Source: Hormiphora californensis
Taxonomy: Eukaryota > Animalia > Ctenophora
Direction of reading: 5' to 3'
Assembly (NCBI GenBank): GCA_020137815.1
Contig: CM035360.1
Span: forward strand, 6,448,001-6,512,000
Length of the DNA stretch: 64,000 nucleotides
The first letter of the stretch is position 1. Each line of letters starts with the position of its first letter. The notes below the pieces were generated by a model, which saw nothing but the letters and a program-made list of their open reading frames with translations, had not been told where the DNA came from and did no database searches. This document shows, in pieces, positions 12,501-25,600 of the stretch. Both the position numbers and the translations under genes were made by a program.

Positions 12501-15500
12501 ATACATAGTAGACAACTCTTCAAATGAAGGCAACTTCTTCAAACTCTGATTATTGGTGGGGTTGTTGGAGAGGAATTGTCCGAGTTGGGCAAATGTGTCC
12601 TGACACTGGTCGTATAGCCGTGCAGTTAACTTGATATGCCTTTCCTCACCTGGGATATTATTGGTGAGAATAGAAAGTAAACTAAACTTAAGTAAATTGC
12701 AAACCCTTGCTTTTGAACATAATAGTCGAGAAGAAATTTTGAGAATAAAGAATCAGGTTAAGAGTACTACATGTACCTCCGAATACAATAGACTGCCTCT
12801 GCTGGCTAGCTAGTAAACACAGTGGTATCCACATGTCATTCTTCCCCAGTGCCTCTTGTAACCTCTGATTGCTCCTCTCTGCATGCCTGATAGGTGAGAA
12901 GAATCCTGCCTCTGCGAACAGCACGGTACCACCACACACAGCTTCTAGCTGGGAATCTGTCACCTCTTCAGAGATCTCAATACCGCTCATTCTGTGTATC
13001 ACCTAGAGAGGGGAAATACACCTTAGCAGTTAGTACATTGATCTACCGGACCCTCACAGACGGTGTGAGCCACACAACCTTGTACATTCAACTTGCAACT
13101 GAGCAATAACTAGTTATTTAATAATCGAACCTCTTTAAGAATCAGAAGATCAGTGCTCTTGTTCGCCTTTAACTGGTTGACTATGTACTGCAGTAGAGAA
13201 TCCAACTCAATGTTGTACTTCTTGTAAATGTGCCCACAGAATGTGGCAAGGACCTGAAACAGGGTCAATGGATAAAGAAATAGCAGGGAGATGTGAGAGA
13301 GGGTCGAGCAAGGCAAGGGAAGGATGAAACTGGGAGCAACGTAACACCGAGTGTCGGTGCGAGTTTGAATGGGTGCTGTGGGCGCGATAGAATGCACGCC
13401 TCCCTATTGCTAGTTTCAAGTGCTGAAATGTGATGCTTTGTAAATAGTTAGAAACGGTGCGCGCGGGGCGGGAAAACTCTTTGGAAGACCCTGAGTGTCT
13501 CTGGGTTTTGGGGCAAAAGTGATTAGCTGGGACAGTTCAGGAGTGAGATTTCGTTACGAGTTCGGTTGACGGTTTAACAAAATAATGGCCTTGCTATTTG
13601 CACAATTTAACAAACCTGGAACCACCACGCAATATTGGTATCATCCTCTTTCTGTTTTGCTTTGTCAGGATCAGATAGGGCCTCTATTATGCAATAGGAT
13701 AAGACATCTAGACTCATCAGACCCACATATCTGAAGGAAAGGGAGGTCAGTGAAAGGGAAATACTAGACTATGAATAAGGATCAACTGATATTAACCGCA
13801 TAGTTGATCTGGAATTTGTTTTTCTCACTCAGGGTGTAGAACGTATCTGGATATAACTCCAGAAGAATTAGCCCACCCCATCCCCCTCCACAACCCCCCC
13901 CCCCCTCCACAACTCACTTTAGGGCGTTAACAATGGGTAGAATCATGTTATCATAACGTTGTATTTGGAATAGGACCAACTCAAATATAATGCCGGGGTT
14001 GCAGTGTGCCACACGACCTATCTGTCGGCCAAATAACTTGACATTCTCTTTTGTTAGTCGCTTTAGAATGTACCTGGAATAAGAAGAGAGCGTGTTTAGA
14101 ATGTACTACCTGAGATAAAAGTGTATCAGTTAAACGATTTAATTGGTGATAGAATGGGATGGAACGTTCTATAATTTTAGCAGCAGAGTGGGGAAGAAGA
14201 AAACTACTTCACTCATGATTTTAGTAAACTAATCCTTACTTGCTAGTGCTAATAGTCTCAGCCTTGGTGACAATCAACAAGGGATTCTTGACATAGCTGA
14301 CATTCTTCCACTTAGCGTACAGCCTGAACCGCACGTGATAGGGAAAGTGCTTTAGGTAGTCCCAGAGAAGAGCAGTAAAGTTGAAGGAGTAGTTTAGACG
14401 GGCTAGAGAGGGCAGGATAACATCACTAGTCACCGTCATGATTTGCCTGATAGGGAGAGAGAGGTTAGTAGGAGAGGTTAGTAGGAGAGGTTAGTAGGAG
14501 AGGTTAACCTGGGTCATATACAGGGTGGTTCATAAATTATGAACCAACATGTAGACTCAAAACTTCAAAACAAAATCATTCCAGAAAACTACAAGGTTTG
14601 ACTCAGTGTTTACAGCACCAAACTTCAGTTATATCCCTTACCCGACCATAGCATCAGTGAGAAGATCTTCACTGTGTTCAGCTATGTAGAAGTTGAACAT
14701 CCGGAGAACCTTGGTAAAGAGGATAGGGTTCTGAGCCAGATAGGGACCAAGACGGAGGAGGGGAGTTAGGACCAGTGTCCCAAATTCCTCCCAATTAGTA
14801 ACCTGCAGATGGAATTATTGCATTATGTTTCATAATGATGTGTTTCCTTGCCAAGCTAGACTGCCACTCGCAGGGTTGAACAAAACAAGTGTCTAGAGAT
14901 ATTCATACCTGCTGATCCTTGGGGATTTCCTTTACAGGTTTAACACTGATCACAGGAGATATCTTGCCCTTGTAGAACTCGTGTATGCGCCATGATATCA
15001 GAGCAAAGAGGGCCTCTCGTCCCTGAGGTGAAAAAAGGATAAACAGATGTGACTGAGCTAGATAGTAAAATGACTAGTCTGTGGTCTGACTAGTATCTGG
15101 GAATTACCATGAATTCATTACCTTAGGATTATCAGCTACACTGAATGGTGGTAGAAGTTGTATCAGGTCATCTGCATCTAGCCAGCATCCCAACTCTATC
15201 AGAGCCACACACAAACTAACCTAGATACATGATATACAGTGTGTTTAGTGAACTGGGTGGTACTGCAGTAGTCATCCCAAAATTACTACTTCTCAGTACA
15301 TAGTTGATGACGCCTGACACATAGTTCAAAGCTATTGATTCTTAATTGAATTTTAGTGCTGTTAATCATTGTTTTTCATTAATTCCCAGTACCTTTTGAT
15401 TTTCAGTAGGAGTGGCATCTTGTTTTTTGTTCTTGGAGCTCCCTCCCTCCTCGTCACCCTCATCTTTGTTCAGAGATACCGTTGTAAGGGACCGTGCCTG

Positions 15501-17000
15501 GAAAACAAAAATATGAGCAGAGAGTCACGGAAGGCATAATGGGGGAGCATCAAGCCTTCAAGGAGACACAAGAAATAATAAACTGGGAGAATTACCTTTT
15601 CCCTGGCATCAGCAAGTTTCTTGTTGTATCCAGCCTTCATGTCCTCAAATGAGGGACCCAGTTGAGAGTATAGTTCGTGTAGGTCTAGTAGTCCCTTTCT
15701 GATGAGAAGAGCTGCTATCCGGAACAAGCTATCAGGGGTGCCTTCAGTGTCATTCTGAGAAGGTTGGTGTTGTGTTTTACTTGGCTGAGTTGTGCTGTAT
15801 CTCGCAAAATCAACCGAAGAACTTGGAATTGGTTGAGCGAATTCAACAGAAAACTACTCCCTTTCTTACCTCGTAGAATGCAAAGTTGAACCCCAACATG
15901 TTTGCTAAGGTATCATCCTGTTTAGGAAACAAGTGAACCAGCTCAAGGAAGAAGTCATTCTTATCTGGATAGTTCTGCCATGTCTCCAGAATCAGGTCCA
16001 GGACACGGTTTGGATCCAGGTCAAACCTGGGGAAATCAGGAGAGATCAGATGAGTGAAAAGTAAAAACTGATCATATCATCAAGTTTTTGTTTGCCCATG
16101 TTACATGTTTTGACAATGACCCATTACAAATTAAATCCCTATCTCACCGTCCAATAAGTTTGAGAAGGTGATCCATCATGTGTTGAGGGGTGGGTGGGGG
16201 ATTAGCCAGTTCGGTTATCAGTTTATTATATCCCTCATTCTCCTCCCTCAACAGGTTGAACTTCTGCTGTTTATAGAACAACTTGGTCCGTGTCCGCACA
16301 TATCTGGTAAGAAGAAGGGTGGTGAGAGGCAGAAACAAGAGAAAAAGGAGCTTATAATTGGATCGAGGTGGTATTTACTATTTTTTAAAACGGGGGATCA
16401 AATCATGGCGGCAGCTTACTTAGTGTTGAACTGTTTGCTATTTCCAATAAGTTTCAGCCTTTCCAACGTTTCATACTCTAGTCTTTCTTTGAGAACCTGT
16501 AGACAGAGAAATAAAATCTACGTTAAAATCTAAACCAAAACATATCGGCGGGAAAAAAATACCTTTTTACACCCACTTCTTATTGCAATAACAATCTCAT
16601 TCCCCTAATAATACCTCTTGTTTGATGCTCTTGGTGACAGTCTCTAGGATCTTGATGAAGGTCTCTCTATCCTTGACATCTTCCTTAGTAGAACTCTCTA
16701 TGTCCAACACAGCAAACATATCAGCAATATCAATCTGAGAACAATAATGTGGTATCCTCAAAACACAATCAATCCTGTTCAACAATTGTCTAAACTTCTT
16801 TATCTTCTTTATTTTGACAATTAGATAAATACTGAAAGTTGTCCCATTTTCTAAGTTCTTTTTTGTCCTATTTTCTAAGTCCTATATACCTGCTGCTCAA
16901 GATTGTTGAGGTTTCCCTTTATGAAGGTAGTCACCTCCTCGACCTTCACTTTCTCTGAGTAACACTCCTGGAACATCCGGTAGAGCTTCCGAGTGTCCAT
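9586..17000 (-). CDS. THOC2: THO complex subunit 2, multi-exon
   Basis: Diagnostic peptides: [136 protein letters not shown], and a charged tail. The true stop may be 9527 if one indel is corrected. Confidence 0.95.
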
Positions 17001-17771
17001 GGTGTGTGTGGGAACTATATCTGCAGGGGTGGGTTAGTGGTGTGTGGGAACTATATCGACAGGGGTGGGTTAGTGGTGTGTGGGAACTATATCGGCAGGG
17101 GTGGGTTAGTGGTGTGTGGGAACTATATCGGCAGGGGTGGGTTAGTGGTGTGTGGGAACTATATCGGCAGGGGTGGGTTAGCGGTGTGTGTGTGGGAACT
17201 ATATCGGCAGGGGTGGGTTAGTGTTGTGTGGGAACTATATCGACAGGGGTGGGTTAGTGGTGTGTGGGAACTATATCGGCAGGGGTGGGTTAGTGATGTG
17301 TGGGAACTATATCGGCAGTGGTGGGTTAGTGGTGTGTGGGAACTATATCGGCAGTGGTGGGTTAGTGGTGTGTGGGAACTATATCGGCAGTGGTGGGTTA
17401 GTGGTGTGTGGGAACTATATCGGCAGGGGTGGGTTAGTGGTGTGTGGGAACTATATCGACAGGGGTGGGTTAGTGGTGTGTGGGAACTATATCGGCAGGG
17501 GTGGGTTAGTGGTGTGTGGGAACTATATCGGCAGGGGTGGGTTAGTGGTGTGTGGGAACTATATCGGCAGGGGTGGGTTAGTGGTGTGTGGGAACTATAT
17601 CGACAGGGGTGGGTTAGTGGTGTGTGGGAACTATATCGACAGGGGTGGGTTAGTGGTGTGTGGGAACTATATCGGCAGGGTGGGTTAGTGGGAACTATAT
17701 CTGCAGGGGTGGGTTAGTGGTGTGTGTGGGAACTATATCGACAGGGGTGGGTTAGTGGTGTGTGGGAACTG
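17001..17771. repeat. 36-bp minisatellite x ~21 immediately upstream of the THOC2 ATG
   Basis: Unit GTGGTGTGTGGGAACTATATCGGCAGGGGTGGGTTA, head-to-tail with no spacers. Confidence 0.97.
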
Positions 17772-18040
17772 GGTAATTAGCGGGGGATATCATTGCAGCG
17801 TACAAATGGAGCTAAAAGGGATTGGGTTGCTAGGACGGTAGACACTGAGAGAAACAAGTTGTTAAAAAGTCAAAAATGAGGTAAAAATTTAGAAAATCAA
17901 AAATAAATGAGCATACAGTTCGTTGATTATTGATTAGCTTTCGTATGAAATAAATCTATAAAATAAATTGATTAAAAATATGCATTAAAAAGTATATAAA
18001 TTGATTGAAATTCCTCTCCTTTGATAATTCCGGCGCCCGA

Positions 18041-19129
18041 TTAAAATAAAAATAATTGATTAATGATTATATAATGTTGTAATAAATTGTTAAAACAGTT
18101 AACCCTAACTCCACCACACAGGTTAACACACGTTAACAAAGTCTTTCCTGTGGGGGCAGGTAAGCTCATGTTTCGATCTATCACCAGCATAACTAAACAG
18201 CTCCTCACAAAAGGTGGAAATGGTTTCTCGCCCGTGTGCCTCCTCTTGTGATGCGCCACCCCAGATCTCCGGGTGAACCTCGCCCCACAAATATCACATT
18301 GATGTTCGGGAAACTTTGTGATGTGAAGTTTCTTGTGCTGGTCTCGAGTTCCAAAGTGTTTAAACCGCATGTCACATTGATCACACGGGAAAGGCTTCTC
18401 ATCAGTGTGAACGGTTTGGTGTTTCTGAAGGACACACTTGTGATCGAATGACATGGGGCAGTCCTCACATTTAAACTTTTTCAGGGGATGGTCCGTTCTG
18501 ATGTGTTGGTAGAGTGCCTCCTGGGTGGTACACCGGGTTTTACAATTCTTCAGATTACAATGAAACATCTTCATCGTGCTGTGAACTATTTCCTCGTGTT
18601 GCTTACAGGCGTTATTTGTATTGAAACCTCTCCCACACTCCCCACATTTGAATGGTTTGTCAACACGGTGGGATGCCTTGTGTGCAGCAAGATCAGCCGG
18701 ACCTTGAAACGTCATCACACACTCATCACACTGTTGCTTTCTTACAGGGTGTTCCTTTCTGATGTGTTCATTTAGTTGGTCTTGTGAGGGTTTCCATATT
18801 GTACAACCTTTCATTCTGCAGCGAACATAGCATGTGTTAGGGTCATCTACCCTCTCCAAAGTACTGTTGTTGGATGTAGAGACTGTGGTTTTTGAAGCCT
18901 TTCTCTTTCCATTCTGATTCTCCTTGTCTTTATCGCTATCACTAAGATCGGTGGGGGTGTCACTACTGTCACTACTGTCATAATAATCTCTCAGCCTCTT
19001 GTTTTTGTATTTCCAACCAATCAGAGCACCAGTATCATCATCATATTTCATAATCAGTGCCCTCCCATTCTCATCTCTTCCTCCTGATTTAACAATGTTC
19101 CTCTTCTTCTTCTTTCTCCCTCGTGGCAT
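18041..19129 (-). CDS. Intronless C2H2 zinc finger protein (~7-8 fingers)
   Basis: Tandem CxxC..H..H fingers with HTDEKPF/HTGEKPF linkers and a basic N-terminus. A last finger (CEELFSYAGDRSKHELTC) lies in another frame, so the real stop is probably near 18123. Confidence 0.9.
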   Translation of the reverse strand: MPRGRKKKKRNIVKSGGRDENGRALIMKYDDDTGALIGWKYKNKRLRDYYDSSDSSDTPTDLSDSDKDKENQNGKRKASKTTVSTSNNSTLERVDDPNTCYVRCRMKGCTIWKPSQDQLNEHIRKEHPVRKQQCDECVMTFQGPADLAAHKASHRVDKPFKCGECGRGFNTNNACKQHEEIVHSTMKMFHCNLKNCKTRCTTQEALYQHIRTDHPLKKFKCEDCPMSFDHKCVLQKHQTVHTDEKPFPCDQCDMRFKHFGTRDQHKKLHITKFPEHQCDICGARFTRRSGVAHHKRRHTGEKPFPPFVRSCLVMLVIDRNMSLPAPTGKTLLTCVNLCGGVRVNCFNNLLQHYIIINQLFLF

Positions 19130-19390
19130 AGCTAGACAGTGTAAGGGTTGTTAATTTTCGAAATTACCAGTTGGGCTATTAAACGTTAATCACGACATAT
19201 TAATTGGATTGTTAATTGGCAAGATAACGATAACAAAACAAGGAGACGAGGTGTTTTGGATAACGTGTGGGTGATAAATTAAATTGTAATTAAAAATAGA
19301 GATACGGTTTAGAAATTTGAAATAAAACAATGTAAAAATAACCCGCGTCCATTACACCTTTTATCGACCTATAAGATTGTAAAACTGTCT

Positions 19391-19558
19391 GGTAACCTCA
19401 CCAGTACACAACTAAACAGGTAACCTCACCAGTATTCAACTAAACAGGTAACCTCACCAGTATTCAACTAAACAGGTAACCTCACCAGTATTCAACTAAA
19501 CAGGTAACCTCACCAGTATTCAACTAAACAGGTAACCTCACCAGTATTCAACTAAACA
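19391..19558. repeat. 28-bp tandem repeat x6 between NSMCE1 and the zinc finger gene
   Basis: GGTAACCTCACCAGTATTCAACTAAACA repeated six times. Confidence 0.95.
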
Positions 19559-19610
19559 GTCCAATCTCCCTAGTCCCTACCCACTTTTCTTCCTTCTACT
19601 AGTTCTTTCC

Positions 19611-20722
19611 TTATTTTATGTCCCACTGGGTCTTGCAGGAGGGACACCTCACATTTAAACTGCCACTATTATTGAAGAGGCGCTGTTTGCAGTGCCCATG
19701 AAATTTGCAGTTACAGCTGTCACACCGGCTGCCGTACACACAGAGCGTCTTGCACAGTTGACAGTTCGTTACATGGTCATGATACACTGATTGTATGTAC
19801 TGGCTCAGTTCAATCGTAACACGAGGTCCCAGCTGGAAAGAGTTGTTTTTCCGGTCTTCAATCAACCATCTGGAGAGAAGAAGGGTTGTTAAAATTAGGA
19901 GATATCCTTGTTCAAGGACTTGTTTAATTCTGTGCGTGGGGTCCCCGGAAGGGGTTCACGCCCATGGCAACCAAATCAAATCAATTCACACCTCACCTTT
20001 CAGATACCCATCCTCGTAGGAGATCCTTGGCGTGTTGGTATGTCATCTTCTTACCCTCCGCCAGGTTGTTACACAATGTGAGGCAGTCGGTGCTCTTCAA
20101 GGAGCCGTCCGCAGATACAACCATCTGCTCTATGATCCGACCTGAAGACAAATAATAATCAATCAGTTGATTTAAAAAGCAGGAGAGTACGAGTGTGACG
20201 TAACATAGAAAATAGGTGACATAAGTTGGACCCCAATTTACCGGCCCCTAATTTACCTCTCCCAATTTAACTTGTGTGTGTTACTTACGGAAGAAAGCGA
20301 AATCAAGGGCGGTGTAGTTAGTACAAAGTTTCGAATTCTCGTCCTCCTGTGTATTGACGAAGCAGTAGAACTCCTTCCCAGTTACCTCACAGAGGCCCAC
20401 CCTAATCTCCAGGAACAGCTTGGAGAGGGACGTGTTCATGAATGTGACCTGATCACGCAGCTCCTTATCGACATCGTACCGCCGAGCTGAGGGAGGAGAG
20501 GGGTTAACACCAAAATAACAACCTAACTATAAACCAAACTGACATTAATATACTTTATGTAATCAGCAAATAATCATTGAGTCAATTTGTGTTGAATTTG
20601 ATTTAATTACCAGCGGCTTCAGTGCATTTAGTAAAGAGTTCCCTGGCCTCTTTGGAGGTAACGATTCTTCTTGCCGCCATGGTCTGGATGAACATGTGGT
20701 GTTCCGTACTTAGTCGCACCAT
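19611..20722 (-). CDS. NSMCE1: SMC5/6 complex non-SMC element 1 (NSE1), 4 exons
   Basis: N-terminal HHMFIQTMAARRIV; MNTSLSKLFLEIRVGLCEVTGKEFYCFVN; WL..LGPRVTIEL; C-terminal RING variant CQLC..CDSC..HGHC..CPSC..W. Confidence 0.88.
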
Positions 20723-21472
20723 GATACTGATACTAGAGAATACTAGAGGATATTGTTTGGATTATTTTCCTGGGACGGAGATATCGCTAGGGAGGAGGTT
20801 AGAGAGAGGTTTAGTTACCTTGCTCACTATTATGGGTAGTGAAACTCATAAAACTGTGAACCATGTGTTCAATAAGTTATCAAAAAGGGAGAGAATCGTA
20901 CAAAAGTTAAACACAAGAAAGTCCATTTTCTCAGCATCTGAAAGCGCCTGCGACCGCCATAAAAGTTCCAAAGGTTCCACCCGAGGAGAGCATAGTTCGA
21001 CCTAACTCGTCAATCAACTTCCTTCCCCTTAGTCCAGCCCTGAAATGATGAAAATATATGTTAATTTTGCAGACATCCAACCTTTTCTTCTTCTTTTTCT
21101 TACATCCAAATTATTTTATTTTAACAAGATAGTAGAGACTGGTGTGAATAATGGAACCAACAACATCCAACTTATTTTAACTTATTTCAAAGTTCTAATA
21201 ATGATTGTACCTGAATGCACCATAAGATCCCAGAACAACTCCAACTGAGCCACCCAGAATGAAGCCCGTCATGGCCATTTGTTTGACCTTGTCAAAACAG
21301 GAGACTTCCACCCGTTGGGCACCGGTCATACCTACTACAGATTAGAGAATATTAATTAGATCAATAATTGACAAAATCAACAACAAGATAAAAGATAAGA
21401 AATAAGTTAAAATATCGTACAATAAATTAAAACATATTTTGATTTAAAAAACAACAACCCTGTTTGTCTCTT

Positions 21473-22122
21473 TCAGTACCGAGCAAGAACTGCCGTCGCG
21501 AACAGTGCATTTTCGACCATAACCAACGTCCAATCACTTCCCAACTTTTTAGCTTTCTTACTCACAAGTTCCCTAAACTTTTCGAATTGTGGCATTGTGT
21601 ACTTTCTTGGTAAACCAACTACTGCATCCATAGCTTCGTCAGACATGAAGGGGACTTTGTCAGGGGATGCAATCGATAAAATAAGGCTCGCAGTAGCAGG
21701 TCCAACTCCACTCAGCTCAGTTAGAGTTTTCATAGCACCTGTCACATCGGATTCGTCAAACAGTTGTTTCAACGCTTTGGAGGACACATCTCGAACTGTT
21801 TTATCTGAGTTTCGTTTTATAAGTCCCATGAGAGTGGCACGAAATTGCCCTCGCTGTAACTTCCATACCATCAGTCTTATTAATTGATCAAGGGTCATTT
21901 CACCATCTGACTTCAAGGATTTTGCCAGAGTTTTCTCAAGCCAAGAGTCTGTTTTAAGAAACGATTCTTTTGATATTTTGACTGTGCATTTGAAAGAGTT
22001 TCGGATAATATACTTTTGCAATCAGAGTATGAATTGAGTCCATCTTCCCAGGTAGACGCTGTATTTGATTTCCACAGTTTGATCGCAGCCTCCACTCCAG
22101 GTCTCAGCTTGTCTGGAGCCAT
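21473..22122 (-). CDS. Conserved helix-hairpin-helix (HhH-GPD DNA-glycosylase-like) uncharacterised protein; one frameshift near 21980
   Basis: ORFs 21913-22122 and 21473-22021 join into one protein with LIRLMVWKLQRGQFRATL, LTELSGVGPATASLIL (HhH motif) and PFMSDEA. Confidence 0.75.
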
Positions 22123-22339
22123 TCAATCGTGCCCAGTGCTGCATGAATCATAAAATATTTTGTGGGTAGACAACGGACATACAATGTTCTACTTCAGTGG
22201 TCCCCCGAACCCACTGAAGTCTAAACCAAAGGCAAAAACGGAAAACCAATCAAGTATTTTTTGCCGTTTATTGGTCCTCAAGGATTAAATTTACTGTTTT
22301 TCATGGCTCAAACGATAGTAATTTTAATGCAGTCACCAT

Positions 22340-22620
22340 TGGCTCGCACTGAGACCAAAAAAAGGCGGGTTTGAGATTTTCAGACGTCAAAAAGTTCTTT
22401 TTTCGAGAGCTTTTTTTCTGATTTTGATTTTTATTTGCAAAATCAAAATTTTGATCTTCAGCTTCAGTCCTGCGCGGCGCGGCGCTGCAATATTTGTTTT
22501 TTCAGCGCGCTCCATTAAAGCAGCGCGCAAAAAAGAAAACTTGCCGCAAAATTTCGTACTGAATTTACTCCGCAAGACATCGTTACTGCAGCAACAGTTT
22601 CCCGGAAATTAATCTTTTCA
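22340..22620. promoter_or_regulatory. Probable bidirectional promoter (CpG/CGCG-rich, T-tracts)
   Basis: Lies between divergent ATGs at 22122 (-) and 22690 (+). GCGCGGCGCGGCGC and TTTTGA repeats; composition resembles 58870-59290. Confidence 0.5.
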
Positions 22621-22689
22621 ACTGTTGACTTAGTCAAACAAACAAACTTAGTCATATTCACTGTTTGTGTTTGCTTTTGTGTCACGAGC

Positions 22690-25600
22690 ATGGAAAGGGC
22701 ATACGATAGGCAGGATCTGAACAAGTTTTTTGCCACTATTCGAAACAAGCATATCCTTTACCGTCCAAGCACCAATATCGATGGGAAGGTTACCTGTCGA
22801 AACGGAGAAGAATACATCGAAAAACCTTACAATGAACATGGCAGTAAGTGAATTCAGCGGTCTTGGCATATTGGTTTTAACGTCTTGAAAACCCTTGTTC
22901 AATTCGAGTGGTCCCAGATTTTAATATCTTTTTCGTTCTGTCAGGCATCGAGGAGTTGCGTCAGGAGTCCAGACTTGTTAGACAGAGACAGTATCTAGAC
23001 TGTGGCCATGGTTCGTCTGTTACCGCAGCGTATAAGACCTTGGGGCGAATAACTCTTGATGCAAAGTCACTAACTTTAGAGGTTTTCAACAACTTCGACA
23101 AATCCCATGAGCGAGAGATCGTTGCTAATGAACATGAAGAAATGGAGAAGCGTCTTTCCTGCTGTTCGGTTGCAAAATGTTGGACAAGATGAGAATCCAG
23201 AGAGGAAACCGACCCGTCGCAGAGCAAAACAATTTGTTGTTAATGAGCATGAGTGGCCTGGAATCAAATCCACCGGTATGTTGTCTTCTTTTTTTACACT
23301 ACTGCCTTTGAATTTACTTTGAATTGATGTGACGAATTTACTATGATTCAAGGAAGTAACAGAGTTCTCTACCATCAGGGTTCGGCCAATTGATGAAGGC
23401 AGTGAACATGACTAACAAACGAGTCTCTGCAACTCGGGGTGGTGCTCCTTATTTCCAGACACTGGACAAAAGCAAAATTGAAGCGGTAAGTTATGTTTCC
23501 CATCGTTCTCTTTCGCTCTTTCCCACCTGCCTTTCCCATCACTCCAGTCTCCATATCTACGGCTCGATTATTAACATGTCCTTGCAGAATATCGAAGATT
23601 CCAGCAGAAATGGCAGCGAAATCCTCCAAGACGAATCATCTATTCTCCAGCCTTCCGCAATCGACAAGTTAGTGATTCTAAAATTTTCTGATGGACAGTA
23701 GTTTTTTGAAAAAATTATGTGACTTTCTCTAGGGATACTACCATGCTTTCGAATAACACCCTCACCCCTTTTTAGTATAAAGAGAGAAGAGGTGGTGAAA
23801 CGATTGGAAGCCTTCCACTACGTCCTAACTGCTCTGTTCTACATCAAAAACAGGGACCTCAAAAACAAGGTAAAATTATCTAAAATTATCGATTCTAAAC
23901 TTAGTAGCTCCTAATAATTTCACCATTTTTGCCTCAGTCTCTATCCAAAACCACCCACTCAGAAACCTGTACTGGTAAAGGAAGAGAAAGAGAGGGCAGA
24001 TTCACTGCACAATGTATCAGAGCGTGCAACCTTCGAAACCAAATCAAACATTCCTGAGTTACCACCCATCAGAGGAGGGTGAGTTTTATCACTCTGAGTT
24101 ATACCTCCTCCCGTAATAGAGAAGGGGAGGTCAGAGGTGTCTCGAGGGCAATCCTGATATAGATTGTAAAAGTGTTGGGTTTCTCAGGTTCTCCTGGAAC
24201 GAGGGTATTCCTGCTTGGCAGAAGATAAAACAAGAGAACGAGTTCCTTGCTACTGCAGCTCTACAGGAGGAAACACGGGATAATGAGAAGGAGAACTCAA
24301 AAAGGTAAAAACAGTCCCCGTGACATTATAACTCAGATATTTCGTCTCTATCCTGTTTCTCTTTGCCATCCCTGGTTTAGTCCTAACAACTCCCCCCTCT
24401 CAGTGCGGAGGCAAGAGACCAGGAGTTCCTGATGAATCTGAGAAAGGATTTCGTAGCGATGCAAGAGAAACTGGACACCCATGTCTACCTTCGTCTGCGT
24501 CGTTTCTTCCGGTATAACTGACAGCCATGACACTAACTGACTAGACAGACCAACCCCCATCCTACCCCACCTTCCCCTGCTGCAGTTAAAACCATCCTAC
24601 CTCTACAGTTTATCAGTTATCTAACCCTCCCCACTTTGTGTTAGCCATGTCCAGGCCGGCGCAGGTGATAAAGGGGACTGGTACCCTAGAGAACCCAAAG
24701 ATCCAATGTCGCTTCTACCCAGAGTGTATTATGTGTGGGTGGTTGGACGAATTGGAGATGGTATCGAGCAAAGAGAACCCTCAGGAGTTTTACTCCTGTC
24801 AGCTGCTCCGGCCAATGATTTTAAATGACATCAAATCGGTGAGACACAACAGGAAGAAGACACTAGCTGAGATGGCGATGGTGGAGCGAGGTCACTGCGG
24901 TGGGATTGACTATGGTCCTGAACGATTGGGCAGCATATGCAGTTTGCTAAGAGGATGCTAGAGAGACAGGCGGCTAATGCTGAGAAACAACCAGAACGTC
25001 CTGAGGAGCCTGAGGAACCCCAGGAGCTTGACCAGGCTCAACATGAGCAACAAATGGCGGCTAAAATTGCGGCTAAGAAGGCGTGGAGGGGAGGCATCCC
25101 AAAGGGTGCATTTGACATGTCATTGGATATGAATGATAGTATTTTCATTGATAAGCCCCAACCGCAGTTCGTCCCCAGCAGTGGGCTAGACATGAGTCTT
25201 GATCCCAATGATAGCTTCTTCAATGAGAAGAAGGGAAACGGCACATTCGATCTATCCATTGATATGAACGACAGTATTTTCGATGTAAACCCGGAGGATA
25301 TTACTGTGCCAAAGCGAGCCCCACAACACAGTACACCTGTTAAACTAGAGGAGCAGTTTATTCTGGAAGGAGCTGTAGATACTGTTATCGATACCCTCTT
25401 CGATCCTCTCTCCTCTATGAGGCTGAAACCTCTTACTGAGACCATGAATTCTCCCCTCCGATCTCCAGGAGACTCTGGTTATCAGTCAAGGAGAGATTCC
25501 AGACTGAACTCACCCGAAAAGAGGGCTTCCCCCGGGGGATTTACACCACCTAAATCAAGCTCTACTGTTGCATGGGTAAGAGTAAGGAAACATGTCATTC

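Noticed and set aside
17001-17771. CRISPR-like 36-bp repeats and long repetitive ORFs (237 aa, 166 aa)
   Set aside because: Units are contiguous with no spacers, there are no cas genes and the context is eukaryotic; the ORFs are antisense by-products of a unit length divisible by three.
22515-23629. Minus-strand ORFs 22515-22748, 22648-22902, 22961-23227, 23076-23375 and 23375-23629
   Set aside because: Antisense shadows of the CCDC60-like exons, which have coherent splice sites and phases on the plus strand.
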